A stretch of DNA of 64,000 bases from Eubacteriales bacterium (lineage in GTDB: Bacteria; Bacillota; Clostridia; Oscillospirales; CAG-272). A model generated the notes under the pieces. That model searched no databases. It was given only the letters and a program-made list of their open reading frames with translations, and was not told the origin of the DNA. The stretch spans positions 4,193 through 68,192 of the forward strand of contig JAZRHO010000043.1 in the NCBI GenBank assembly GCA_045644805.1, read 5' to 3'. Made by a program: the position numbers and the translations under genes. Each line of letters begins with the position of its first letter. Position 1 is the stretch's first letter. Shown piece by piece: positions 17,516 through 27,062 of this stretch.

Positions 17516-20236
17516 TTATCTGCATTTTTTTATTTTTCCCTTGATGGCAAATCTGTAAGCAATTGTGTAAATGCCGAATGGGGAAGCATATTCATCGGTA
17601 TAAAGTGTGATTTGCTTTTCGACCCATCCTTTGGCTTTTTCGGATATGGGAATGGTATAAATGTCACTTGTGGTAAGGCAAAGAGATGAAAAATCCATAT
17701 CGGCAAAGCTCAAATCTCTGTTAGGGAAGGTGCATATCTCGGAATATCCGTCTTTTTCTGTTCCTACTTCGCAACGGATGTGCCCCGAAGCCACAGCCCG
17801 ACATTTTAAGGTTAGAGAATGCTTGACCGTGTTTTTCAAAAGGTGCGGTATTCCGCAATTGTCCTTCGCAGTTTTTACAGCGTATCTTGGAGCATGCCCT
17901 GCAAATGAATAATAATAATGATGAATACGTCTGCCGAATGCGCTGGTGTAGTCATCTGCGTCATAATCGGACGAATCTGTAACGCTCGGCGGAGCTATGC
18001 CTCGTTTGTCATTATTGAAGACGTAAATGCAGCCTTTGCTTGTTGAAAAGAACAAAAGATCTCCAACGCTCAGAATATGTGTTGCGGGATAAAAGCTTCC
18101 TTTCGTTTTTTCTTCCGTAGGATAGACCTCGTAATTTATACCGTTATCAGTTACGTAATAAATATATTCCTCTCCGTTGTATGCGCTTATAACTTCTCCG
18201 TTTGCAATCGTGTCGCACTTTTCATGAACCGTATATCCCTCGTGTGCAAAAGAGGCATATCTGTAAACGGTCTCATCATCCTTGTAAGTGCCAATACCCG
18301 AAAGGAAATACCATTCGTATTCCGGGTTGCCTTCTTTGCCCGTAAAGATATCTCTTGAATCTGCAAGATAAATATTACCCCCGACTGCAACAACGAGATA
18401 TCCCCGCCACACGGCAAGCTTGGCTGATGCTATATCCTCCGTCAAAAATTTAGGGTTAATATTGTTTGAACGGGTAACGATACTTCTTTCAAGATTTATG
18501 GCTTGCTTTTCAAATGCTGATATACCTTTTTCGCTGATAAATATGGGATCATCAAAAAATGATATTGAAGCTCCTTTTGCGCAAAAACCGTGATGTGTAT
18601 AGGAGACAGGATATATTTTTGGCATAATATCGCTGTTTGCAGACCAGGGAGTGTGGTAGAAAATACTTCCTGCCCCATCATCGGCTTCTTTAAATACCGC
18701 GAGTGAATCGCTCGTTCTTAACATTGATATTACATTGATATTTCCGGCACCGTCGCGAAAATAATTAAGCTCTCCGAAATAAAGAGGGTTGCTTTCACCG
18801 TTTTTATCAAAAGAAGAATAGAAAACATAGCCGGGATAATAGGGGTTTCCCGAAAGAAAAACTCTTCCGTCAAATATTGCGGCAACCCTGCATTTGCTTA
18901 TTATTTCATTTACATCGCAATTTGCGGTTGAATGAACTGATTTTATAAATCCATCCCATCTCAATTCATAGTATTGAGGCAATGAAGTGAGAATTCCTTG
19001 GAAAATCAAGGTTTTTCCTTCTGCATCGGCCCTGTCATCAAGTGAGATTTTCAGCATTGAGCATAATCCGTCTTGCGTTATCGTTTTATACGCAATATCC
19101 TGACCGTCAAGCTTTACGTTTTCAATACCGATACAAGGATTGTTTATAGGTATTCCAATTACGGCAGAATTATTGCTTACGTTATAAGAAACGGTTATAG
19201 AACCGAGAGAGTTTGTGTTTTTGACAAGGGCAAAATCAGTTTGGCTGCCGGCGTATGTTATGCATTTAAGCTCATAGCAGGTGCTGACTGTATTCAGTCC
19301 TAAATCGGAAAGACCGAGTCCTAGGTGCAATGCATTAAGAACAGAACATCCGGAAAAGACCGCATCTCCAAGTTTGTATACCGAATCGGAAAAAATAACG
19401 GAAGTTAAAGATGTGCAATCGGAGAAAGCCATAGCACCGATTTCCGATACACCGTTAGCAATAATACATTCTTTTATAACTGTATTTTTCGCAAATGCGG
19501 AGGCACCTATTTCGGTTACTGTATAATACTCATCGCCTATCTTTGTTTTTGAAGGAATACAAAGCTGAGTTTCAAGCTCGTTGTCTATACCCGTCACCTT
19601 GCAGTATTTCTTTTCCTCGTTAGTGATAACGTATTTAAGTCCGCGGCTTCCGTAAGAAACTGATTCGCAGGATCCTATAACGTATTTTTCATAAAAAAGT
19701 CTGGTCAAAAGATTCCGCTGCTCGGCTTCTATTCCGTTTATATGAGTTGTGGGTATATATATGCCGCCATCCGTGTCGCTTATTTCACCTCGATAGGAGG
19801 AAGAGAGCTTGAAAATTTTAAAGCCGTCAAGTATGTATATTGCATCTCCGAAGACGAAGGATGTGCTTTTTTGGTGATTGATTCCGCTTGTGACTGTATA
19901 ATTTTCAATAGAATCAATATCATTCTTTTTGAATTCATATAGCTTATTCAGTATGTGCGCAACTATTATTTCATCTCCGGATTCGTTTTTGTATGAATAC
20001 AGACCGTTGCATGACGCACCAAAATCCGCAATCTTCCTGTATCCGGGTATGCTTTCGATAATTCCGGCTCCGTCGCCTTCATAATCACGGTACATATTTT
20101 CAAGGTAAGAAAAGCGTTTCCTTGAAATGTTTGAGCCGTCACCTGAAAAATCAACTCCGCCCATACCCGAATAAATAACGCTGTATTCCGATTTTGAGAG
20201 AAAATTGTTTTTACTGATAGAATTCATTTCGCCCAC
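17516..20236 (-). CDS. Putative podoviral tail nozzle/stabilisation protein with inserted BspA-type LRR domain
   Basis: N-terminal GMGGVDFS...ENMY, AIFDGRVFLSGNP and propeller-like repeats; internal IGASAF/IGAMAFSDCTSLTSV/LGDAVFSGC repeats. Confidence 0.65.
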   Translation of the reverse strand: MGEMNSISKNNFLSKSEYSVIYSGMGGVDFSGDGSNISRKRFSYLENMYRDYEGDGAGIIESIPGYRKIADFGASCNGLYSYKNESGDEIIVAHILNKLYEFKKNDIDSIENYTVTSGINHQKSTSFVFGDAIYILDGFKIFKLSSSYRGEISDTDGGIYIPTTHINGIEAEQRNLLTRLFYEKYVIGSCESVSYGSRGLKYVITNEEKKYCKVTGIDNELETQLCIPSKTKIGDEYYTVTEIGASAFAKNTVIKECIIANGVSEIGAMAFSDCTSLTSVIFSDSVYKLGDAVFSGCSVLNALHLGLGLSDLGLNTVSTCYELKCITYAGSQTDFALVKNTNSLGSITVSYNVSNNSAVIGIPINNPCIGIENVKLDGQDIAYKTITQDGLCSMLKISLDDRADAEGKTLIFQGILTSLPQYYELRWDGFIKSVHSTANCDVNEIISKCRVAAIFDGRVFLSGNPYYPGYVFYSSFDKNGESNPLYFGELNYFRDGAGNINVISMLRTSDSLAVFKEADDGAGSIFYHTPWSANSDIMPKIYPVSYTHHGFCAKGASISFFDDPIFISEKGISAFEKQAINLERSIVTRSNNINPKFLTEDIASAKLAVWRGYLVVAVGGNIYLADSRDIFTGKEGNPEYEWYFLSGIGTYKDDETVYRYASFAHEGYTVHEKCDTIANGEVISAYNGEEYIYYVTDNGINYEVYPTEEKTKGSFYPATHILSVGDLLFFSTSKGCIYVFNNDKRGIAPPSVTDSSDYDADDYTSAFGRRIHHYYYSFAGHAPRYAVKTAKDNCGIPHLLKNTVKHSLTLKCRAVASGHIRCEVGTEKDGYSEICTFPNRDLSFADMDFSSLCLTTSDIYTIPISEKAKGWVEKQITLYTDEYASPFGIYTIAYRFAIKGKIKKCR

Positions 20237-21072
20237 CCCGTGACGTCGGAATAATGGGAATTTATGTTTTTAGGCACCGTAAAACTCATTCTTCCAGATT
20301 CCTCGTGATATATCTGCATATAATAGGATGCCTTTTCGGCATCGTCGTCAAGCCAGATATAAGCCGCAGTCAGAATAGGACATAAATGCTCACATCTTTT
20401 GGGTACGTCTATGTCGGCATCGCGCTCATCAATACTCAATGCCTTCGGCAGGCCTTTGTATGATATAAAAACTTCTCCAAAGAAGGATGACGGCAAAGTT
20501 AGAATGTTACCGAGTATTTTCGCTCCTTCAATTGGATTTCCATTTTTGTCATAAGGAGAGCGCGTTGCATAAAGAAAGTTAGAAATAAAGTCGGTTATGG
20601 TGTATTCCGATGTATCTTTTATAATTGGTATATCATTCTCTGATTCGGATCTTACAGAGGAAAACGCATATAAATCCAAAATTGTAAAAGCAGTATCTGA
20701 AAAGAATGTAAGTGTGGCTTCTTCTCCGCTTATAAATCCGCGTATGTTCACCGTTCCGCAAGAGAATGAACGGCTTTTTGTACCGCTTGAATCCTTTATG
20801 CTGCAAGAACCCTTTCCGTAAACTCTGAAGCTGTATGCAACGGCGGGGGGAAGCTTAATAACAATGTCATTGCCTGGGGTGTACTCGTATGACGAAAGAT
20901 GAAATACCGTATTATGTTTAGGAACAAAAACAATCCCGGTTTTCTCGTCGGCATGCTCGTTGTTTATAAATCTTATTGCTCGGTTGGCAGAGAAAATAAA
21001 ATCTTCGCTGAGTTCTGTAGCTTCTTCGAATCCGAGGGCATATGTTTCGGATAAAAGTTGGTTTAATGTCAT
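20224..21072 (-). CDS. Putative head-to-tail adaptor
   Basis: Follows MCP; helical N-terminus MTLNQLL..ANRAI and C-terminal IDVP...L.P...A..IWLDDD..KASYYM..Y. Confidence 0.55.
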   Translation of the reverse strand: MTLNQLLSETYALGFEEATELSEDFIFSANRAIRFINNEHADEKTGIVFVPKHNTVFHLSSYEYTPGNDIVIKLPPAVAYSFRVYGKGSCSIKDSSGTKSRSFSCGTVNIRGFISGEEATLTFFSDTAFTILDLYAFSSVRSESENDIPIIKDTSEYTITDFISNFLYATRSPYDKNGNPIEGAKILGNILTLPSSFFGEVFISYKGLPKALSIDERDADIDVPKRCEHLCPILTAAYIWLDDDAEKASYYMQIYHEESGRMSFTVPKNINSHYSDVTGWAK

Positions 21073-21111
21073 AAGAACTCCTTAAAATTATTATAATGAA
21101 AACTATAGTTT

Positions 21112-21149
21112 GCAAAAGGGCTGGTTTTGTAAAAGTGCAGCCCTTTTGC
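21112..21149 (-). terminator. Internal hairpin just downstream of the major capsid gene
   Basis: gcaaaagggctg...cagcccttttgc 12-bp inverted repeat 6 nt after the MCP stop. Confidence 0.75.
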
Positions 21150-21155
21150 TGCTTT

Positions 21156-22211
21156 TTAAAGCGCTTCTGCTTCGGATACAGCTGTTGCCGAATCTACTGC
21201 GAGAAGGATGTGTTTATAAGTTCCAAAACCTACACCGAAACGGCATCTGCCGCCCCAAATATAGTTTCCTGTGTGATGATCTACCCAGTTTGATACAGTA
21301 AGGGGAACGCGATTGAAGAACATATTACCGGAAAGGTTCTTATTAGCCTCAGACGACATAATCATGAGTCTGTCATCGTTCGTCTGCCAGTTGGGCATAA
21401 CGATAATATTCCAGTTGCCGTACTGAAGGTTAATATCGTTATAACCGTTTCCAAGCGCGCCTTCCGAGCCGCAAACCTTCTTTGCTACCGCTTCAGCGAG
21501 AGGACGGTTGCCGGGAAGAATAATAGTATCAGCGGTATAACCTAGCACCTCACCGTTTTCGTCCTTCATATTGCGGAGCTTGACTGCAAGCTCACCGAGT
21601 GCCTCTTCAAATACAGCGGTTGTTGCACGCCGTCCGTCAGTACCCGTGCCAAAAATATCACCCCAGAAATAATTGGATTGAGTAGAGAGAGAATTTCCTA
21701 TTCCGTATGTATGATTGGCAGAGAAGAGCGCAAGGCCGTCGGGGGCTGTAAGATCAAGATTTGCCTTTGCAAAGGTGCCGGTAGTTTTCGTACCGTTTGA
21801 AAGAGCATATTCGCATATCTTATGCATTGTTTTGTAATAGGCGCGGGTGAAGTTTTCCGCGCGGCGCTTTGCGTCTTGAGCAACGCCGTAATTAGCGTCC
21901 TCCATCATTTCGGCTGTGATAGTGAATTCCTTCATGAACTGAATGTGCTCAATGAATTTGCGGTAGGTCTCCGAAATGGTGTCGTTTTCGCCGCCTGCGC
22001 CTTCTGCTGCTGCTCTGAACACATCAAATTCGTTCTGACCTATGATGGTTTCACCAAATTTGTTACTGCGTTCAACGTTAAAGAGCCAGTCACAGATACC
22101 GCCCTTTTTAGTCTGCATATCGCTTTCGTGCTCGATTACCATTTTGATGGGCGTTTCAAGCTTGCCTACAGCGCTGTTTGCAAGACCTGAAGATTTAGAA
22201 TAAATTATCAT
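21156..22211 (-). CDS. Major capsid protein (Mu gpT-like/HK97 fold)
   Basis: 351 aa after scaffold and decoration genes; FTITAEMMED, DGLALFSANH, ADTIILP and GRCRFGVGF motifs. Confidence 0.8.
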   Translation of the reverse strand: MIIYSKSSGLANSAVGKLETPIKMVIEHESDMQTKKGGICDWLFNVERSNKFGETIIGQNEFDVFRAAAEGAGGENDTISETYRKFIEHIQFMKEFTITAEMMEDANYGVAQDAKRRAENFTRAYYKTMHKICEYALSNGTKTTGTFAKANLDLTAPDGLALFSANHTYGIGNSLSTQSNYFWGDIFGTGTDGRRATTAVFEEALGELAVKLRNMKDENGEVLGYTADTIILPGNRPLAEAVAKKVCGSEGALGNGYNDINLQYGNWNIIVMPNWQTNDDRLMIMSSEANKNLSGNMFFNRVPLTVSNWVDHHTGNYIWGGRCRFGVGFGTYKHILLAVDSATAVSEAEAL

Positions 22212-22229
22212 ATAAAATCCTTTCCTTAA

Positions 22230-22634
22230 TTAAAATTTAACCGTTATGTTATTTCCTGCTTCGATAACATCGTTTATCTCAGCTATTGTGGCGACACCGG
22301 ATGCAGTGGTTGCCGTAACATAAGCTGCACAGCTGTCACTGTCAAAATCAAGAGTAACCTTGTCGCCTGCTTTAAGAGCAGCAGGATCTGCATTTACTTT
22401 TGTTTCAAACAGCATATTAGGATATATCTCATAGCAGAGAATCTTTTTTTCTTCAAGAGCTGCGTTCTCAAGTGCAATATGTGTAGGAGTTTCGGTAGCA
22501 CCGGCAGACTGAACTATGCCGTTTTTGAGAATGAGAGCTGTCCCGATATTAATTTTTGCAGAGGTATTTTTACTCATTTTTACAGGTTCGGGAACGTTAA
22601 CTCCCGTATTTTGAATTTTTATAAGCTTAAACAT
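22230..22634 (-). CDS. Putative capsid decoration/cement protein
   Basis: 134 aa, Ala/Thr/Val-rich beta-type, between scaffold and MCP. Confidence 0.6.
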   Translation of the reverse strand: MFKLIKIQNTGVNVPEPVKMSKNTSAKINIGTALILKNGIVQSAGATETPTHIALENAALEEKKILCYEIYPNMLFETKVNADPAALKAGDKVTLDFDSDSCAAYVTATTASGVATIAEINDVIEAGNNITVKF

Positions 22635-22646
22635 ATTGTTCCTTTC

Positions 22647-23141
22647 TTATTTTGTGACTTTTTTATATAGCTTTTGAATGTCTCTGTCTGAAAGGTCAGA
22701 GAATATCATTCGCGCGGCTTCCAGATCGCTGCTTGAAAGCACATCCTGAGAGGAGGAAGCTCCGCGCGGAGCTGAAGCGGTAATATGGCTTCGGTTGTCA
22801 TAAACCATTCCTATATCAGAGCAGGCGAGGTAAGCTTCCTTCGGAGAAAGACCGAGATCTCTTAAAGCCGCATAACGAAGAGGATTATCGAGCTCGCGTA
22901 TGCTTGTCTTTCCGCTAAGGTGAGGAAATAGCGAGAGTAGCTCCTGCATATCTTTACGCATTATTTCTTCGTAATCCTTAGCGCCGACAAAGTCCTCACA
23001 TGAATCCTTCCCTTCTATATCGGAAGCGGTACTGTCTGCAGATGAATCCGATGTTTCTATAATAACGCTTTCGGATTTGTTGTTCTCATGTAAAACGGTA
23101 TCGTTTTCGAGGTTTGTCAATTGCTCTGTCTTTTCACCCAT
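22647..23141 (-). CDS. Putative capsid scaffolding protein
   Basis: Acidic disordered N-terminus, helical core (GLSPKEAY) and C-terminal helix hairpin; upstream of MCP. Confidence 0.6.
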   Translation of the reverse strand: MGEKTEQLTNLENDTVLHENNKSESVIIETSDSSADSTASDIEGKDSCEDFVGAKDYEEIMRKDMQELLSLFPHLSGKTSIRELDNPLRYAALRDLGLSPKEAYLACSDIGMVYDNRSHITASAPRGASSSQDVLSSSDLEAARMIFSDLSDRDIQKLYKKVTK

Positions 23142-23145
23142 AGCG

Positions 23146-23277
23146 TTAGCCTCTCTTCACTCTTAAGTCGTTGCCTTCACGTTTTGTCGCGCGGGGATCG
23201 TCCTTTGATGCGGACTTGGGACTTTCAATTTTGCCGCCCTTGTTAGTTGCATAAGGTGAGTATTTCTTTTCTTTCAT
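23146..23277 (-). CDS. Small basic 43-aa protein (below the ORF-track cutoff)
   Basis: AAAGGA RBS; MKEKKYSPYATNKGGKIESPKSASKDDPRATKREGNDLRVKRG fills the gap between its neighbours. Confidence 0.75.
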   Translation of the reverse strand: MKEKKYSPYATNKGGKIESPKSASKDDPRATKREGNDLRVKRG

Positions 23278-23297
23278 TGTAAAAATCGTCCTTTCGT

Positions 23298-24005
23298 TCA
23301 GTTAGATGATTGTGATAAAATATAATCGTAATATTGGTCAGCGCTCATAGATGCAAAGTATTCTTTTTCGCCTTCGTTATAAACAGACATTGCTTTATAA
23401 ACCTTTTCGGCATAGAATTCCGAGAGCCCTAACGACAGCGCGTATTTTTTTGCCTTGTAAGCGCTGAGGGAATTTAGCTTTGCGAAGGAAATTGCGCGTT
23501 CAATGGTATTGTTTAGTGCGGCATCTACACCCTTTGTGGCAGCATACATAGCGTAGTTTTCATTAAGGCCGGCAGAAACGGCCTCTTTGTATGCATCCTC
23601 AATGCTAAAGTTATTACCCTTACCGAATGAATCTATAAATCCTTGGCTGATTTCATTCTGCAGCTTTTCGTAATTCGTCAAATACTTTTCATACCCGGAG
23701 TTGTTTTTGTATTCCGAGGTTGCTTTTTCTCTTTCGGCAGCGTCCATTTTGTCGGAATATGTTTTGTAATTTTGAGCCGACAAATAATCTGCATATCCCG
23801 ATTTAGAAAGTCCTGAGGATGAAAGAGAGTCTGAAACGCTTCCTCTTTTTGAACTTGAAAGCTCTCTTGAAACTGCGGCATTTGCGGCAGAATCAAGATA
23901 ACTGTTTTTGTTTTTGATATCACTTTTTGCAAGGTATTGATTATAAGAGTCAGCCGCATTGCTTTTCAGTTTCTCGTCATATGATTTGGTTTGCTTCGAT
24001 TTCAA
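23298..24005 (-). CDS. Hypothetical protein, possible internal virion/ejection protein
   Basis: 235 aa, K/S/A/Y-rich and helical, L...GLSKSGYADYL segment; TTG start overlapping the portal gene. Confidence 0.55.
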   Translation of the reverse strand: MKSKQTKSYDEKLKSNAADSYNQYLAKSDIKNKNSYLDSAANAAVSRELSSSKRGSVSDSLSSSGLSKSGYADYLSAQNYKTYSDKMDAAEREKATSEYKNNSGYEKYLTNYEKLQNEISQGFIDSFGKGNNFSIEDAYKEAVSAGLNENYAMYAATKGVDAALNNTIERAISFAKLNSLSAYKAKKYALSLGLSEFYAEKVYKAMSVYNEGEKEYFASMSADQYYDYILSQSSN

Positions 24006-25704
24006 CCTTTTCTTCTCCTTTCATGAGATCTTGAAAATATTCTACATTATCCCTTGCATGAGGATAATGCGCCCTTTCCTGATATTGCCAGTAGCGAAGA
24101 AGGGTAGAGGGATCTGTGGGATCGCCGAGAGTGCCCGCCTTAAGATTTTCAAGATTCTTTTCCCAAAGTGCCTCTCTTTGATATCCACTTCCTCCATTCA
24201 GATCTACCGAGAACAAATATCCGTCATCGTATGAAAGCCTCTTTTCATTTGGGTTAAAGGAAAGAAATTCATAACGGTTGAAATACAAGTCGTGAATTCT
24301 TCCAAAGGAATCCTTATATGAAAGAGTACGTGGCTCATCCGCGAAAGCAAGATAGTGCTCGAAAATCAACCTGTCTATATGCGAGTAGGCTGTGTATTTC
24401 ATCTTTTTTTTAGATTCAAGCCTGCCGCCCGATTGAGAAATTCTCAGCTGACGCGCATAGCCTGATTCATTTGTAGAGCCTCCGATTCCTTGGTATGCGT
24501 CGGTTATGCCGAGTATGCGCTTTGAGTGCTCATATAAACGCTCTGCTTCGGTAATATCCTGTGAGATGTCGGGGGTCGTGTCGACTTTTCCATACTGTGC
24601 CATGGTTTCGCCGGGCTTCATTTTTATTATTTGACCGAATACCGAGTTGTTAAGGCTGACAGTAGCATCCTCAGGCACGATGGGCGTTATTCCGGCGCGA
24701 AGGAGTTTTTGCAGAATTCTTGACTCGATCTTGTTTATTGCTTGTTGCTCCGGGCGTATGTATTCGCAGTCCGACTGACCGAGCAAGGAATTTTCTGCTG
24801 AAGTGTTTTTTCTTATGACTATCGGGAATTTCTTCGGTGTGTAATAAGGAACACGGAGTGCCTTTGCGGAGTTATCCGGAACTATATACTCAAAATCAAC
24901 GTTCTTCATTATGAAAGTACGTTTACCTTCGCATTGGCATAAGTTTTCTGTTCTTTCGCATTTTTTGCAAACTTTTATTTTCCTTTTGTAGTAATTTTCC
25001 AGATCGAGAAGAGTCAATGCTCCTGAAAAAACGAATTTTCCTACATCGCCGTTTTCGTCTCGGTAAAAACAAACTATAAGATTTACTGTGTCACCTCCGT
25101 CAAAGAAGCCCTCTTCACTTTCGCAGTCCATAAGATAAATATCTTCATCCTTTATGCCGTAAGTATTGCAAACTTCGGTTCGGGTTGTTGTGAACTTTAG
25201 AAAGCAGTATTCCATATTTTCAATATCGAATATGTTAGGTTGAGGAATGAAGTTTTTTGGAGAAATAACTTTTGCTTCAGCTCCTCCTGTCACCATTCCC
25301 GTTTTCAGAGCGTTATTCCATTCTACAAGCCAAATACTTCCGCCGTAAATATACGTATATCTCTCATCCAGGTCATTAAGCTCCTCAAAAGGAAGTCTGT
25401 CGCGAAGTGAACGGCAAAGCGATTCTATAACCTGCGCTTGTCTTTCTCTTTTCTCGCTATACGAATCGGCGTCTGTTTTCGGCATAGGTATATCCGAGGA
25501 TATTTGGCTTTCTATTATTTCGTATGTGATATTTCTCACCGTAAGCGCCTCTTCCTTGCCTCCGTCGATTTCTTTTGAACCCTTGTACTGACGCATATAT
25601 TTGTCAAGCTTTTCAAGTGTATCGGCATAGTAGGTTTTCGCATTCTCGTATAGCGAACGGAAAAACTCAAGGCGTGCGGTGCCGTTTTTCTTTTCTGTTT
25701 TCAA
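23977..25704 (-). CDS. Phage portal protein (podoviral-type)
   Basis: 575 aa directly after TerL; F.PQP, LGQSD.E.IRP.Q.AIN and GITDAYQG...ESG.A patterns. Confidence 0.8.
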   Translation of the reverse strand: MKTEKKNGTARLEFFRSLYENAKTYYADTLEKLDKYMRQYKGSKEIDGGKEEALTVRNITYEIIESQISSDIPMPKTDADSYSEKRERQAQVIESLCRSLRDRLPFEELNDLDERYTYIYGGSIWLVEWNNALKTGMVTGGAEAKVISPKNFIPQPNIFDIENMEYCFLKFTTTRTEVCNTYGIKDEDIYLMDCESEEGFFDGGDTVNLIVCFYRDENGDVGKFVFSGALTLLDLENYYKRKIKVCKKCERTENLCQCEGKRTFIMKNVDFEYIVPDNSAKALRVPYYTPKKFPIVIRKNTSAENSLLGQSDCEYIRPEQQAINKIESRILQKLLRAGITPIVPEDATVSLNNSVFGQIIKMKPGETMAQYGKVDTTPDISQDITEAERLYEHSKRILGITDAYQGIGGSTNESGYARQLRISQSGGRLESKKKMKYTAYSHIDRLIFEHYLAFADEPRTLSYKDSFGRIHDLYFNRYEFLSFNPNEKRLSYDDGYLFSVDLNGGSGYQREALWEKNLENLKAGTLGDPTDPSTLLRYWQYQERAHYPHARDNVEYFQDLMKGEEKVEIEANQII

Positions 25705-27062
25705 ATTGGTTCTCCGTATTTACGTTTTAGATATTTTCTCTCACTCTCGCACGCACCGTTATAATCTTCCCACATATCGGAAGTCCATCTCGTGTATTTA
25801 AGCTTGTAGGTTGGTTTTGACGGACGGGTATAGAATATAGCAAATCCTCTAAGAGCATCAGGGGCGTGTGTTATTTCATGAGGCTCGTTTGCGCAGTCTG
25901 ATGGACGAAGCTTGTCGACCGTCAAAGCGGGCAAGCATTTTATAAGCTCTCTGCAAGTTGAAAATATTTTCAGTCTTGGTTCGGTATCTTTTATTTGCAG
26001 TAACTCCTTGATAGCAAGCCATCCGGTTTCGCGCTCATTTGAAGTTTTTGTAAAATTGACACCGTGTTCAGAAAATATTGATGCTTTTGTTTTTCCGGTT
26101 TCCTGCGTGCGGGAAAAAAGGTCGGGGGGAGCTAAGGTTGCGTATATATCCTCTGATTGCGGTGTTCTTTCGCACATGGCCTTAGCGGCTGCGCTGATCG
26201 GTAAATTCGACTCGCAAAACTCGCGATACACTACCACACGGCATTCAGGACTCACGGCTATCCAAAGGCACACAAATCTATCAAGTCCATAGTCAATTGT
26301 TCGGTATTTGCGCCAAGAGGCGGGAATCTCAAAGGGATGGCATATATGCCTTTCATTGAATTCGTTAAAATACTGACCCTCAAAAATATTCCAATCACCG
26401 TAAAGAAGAGCTTTTCTTTCTCGTTCGGGCAGAGCAAGCAATCGGTTTTTATACTCCGGATCCGACTTAGAAAGAAAAGAGTTGTCATCGAGGAATGAAG
26501 GAATAAATACTCTATCCATGCCATTGCTTGAATAAAATTTTGTTCCTGCAGGTGCCGGATCAATGAATCTGGACTTAACCCACGAATGACCGACACCGCC
26601 GGGATTTGTAGATGATTTTATTTGTTTTGGATATCCGTTCGCGCCTCTTACGCGAGAGATGAGATAGACATATTGCGCTTCGGTAAAGTGAGTAAGCTCA
26701 TCAAAACGTATGCAGTCATATTCTGCACTTTGATATTGATAAACGTCATTTTCCGTGGCGCAATAGCCAAAATCAATGCAGGAGCCGTTTTTGAATTTTC
26801 CCGTGTGGGAGGAGGAATTAAAGGAATAAATATCCTTTGGGAATATGGAAAGAGCCGTACGTATGAGAGATTTATCAAGCTCTGCGAAGGTACGCCTAAG
26901 AATAAGCTGCTTTGAGCGTGGAAATTTAAGAGCGAAGATGAATGCGTCAACCATCTGACCGTATGATTTGCCTCCGCCCGCAGCGCCTCCGAAAAGAACC
27001 TCCGATTCGGTAGCGTTCATAAAAAGCTGCTGCTTTTTTGTTACCGAAAATCTTATGTCCAT
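25701..27062 (-). CDS. Terminase large subunit
   Basis: Walker A GGAAGGGKS, Walker B IRFDE, coupling motif STNPGG, nuclease residues in IDYG and HAPDALR. Confidence 0.95.
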   Translation of the reverse strand: MDIRFSVTKKQQLFMNATESEVLFGGAAGGGKSYGQMVDAFIFALKFPRSKQLILRRTFAELDKSLIRTALSIFPKDIYSFNSSSHTGKFKNGSCIDFGYCATENDVYQYQSAEYDCIRFDELTHFTEAQYVYLISRVRGANGYPKQIKSSTNPGGVGHSWVKSRFIDPAPAGTKFYSSNGMDRVFIPSFLDDNSFLSKSDPEYKNRLLALPERERKALLYGDWNIFEGQYFNEFNERHICHPFEIPASWRKYRTIDYGLDRFVCLWIAVSPECRVVVYREFCESNLPISAAAKAMCERTPQSEDIYATLAPPDLFSRTQETGKTKASIFSEHGVNFTKTSNERETGWLAIKELLQIKDTEPRLKIFSTCRELIKCLPALTVDKLRPSDCANEPHEITHAPDALRGFAIFYTRPSKPTYKLKYTRWTSDMWEDYNGACESERKYLKRKYGEPI

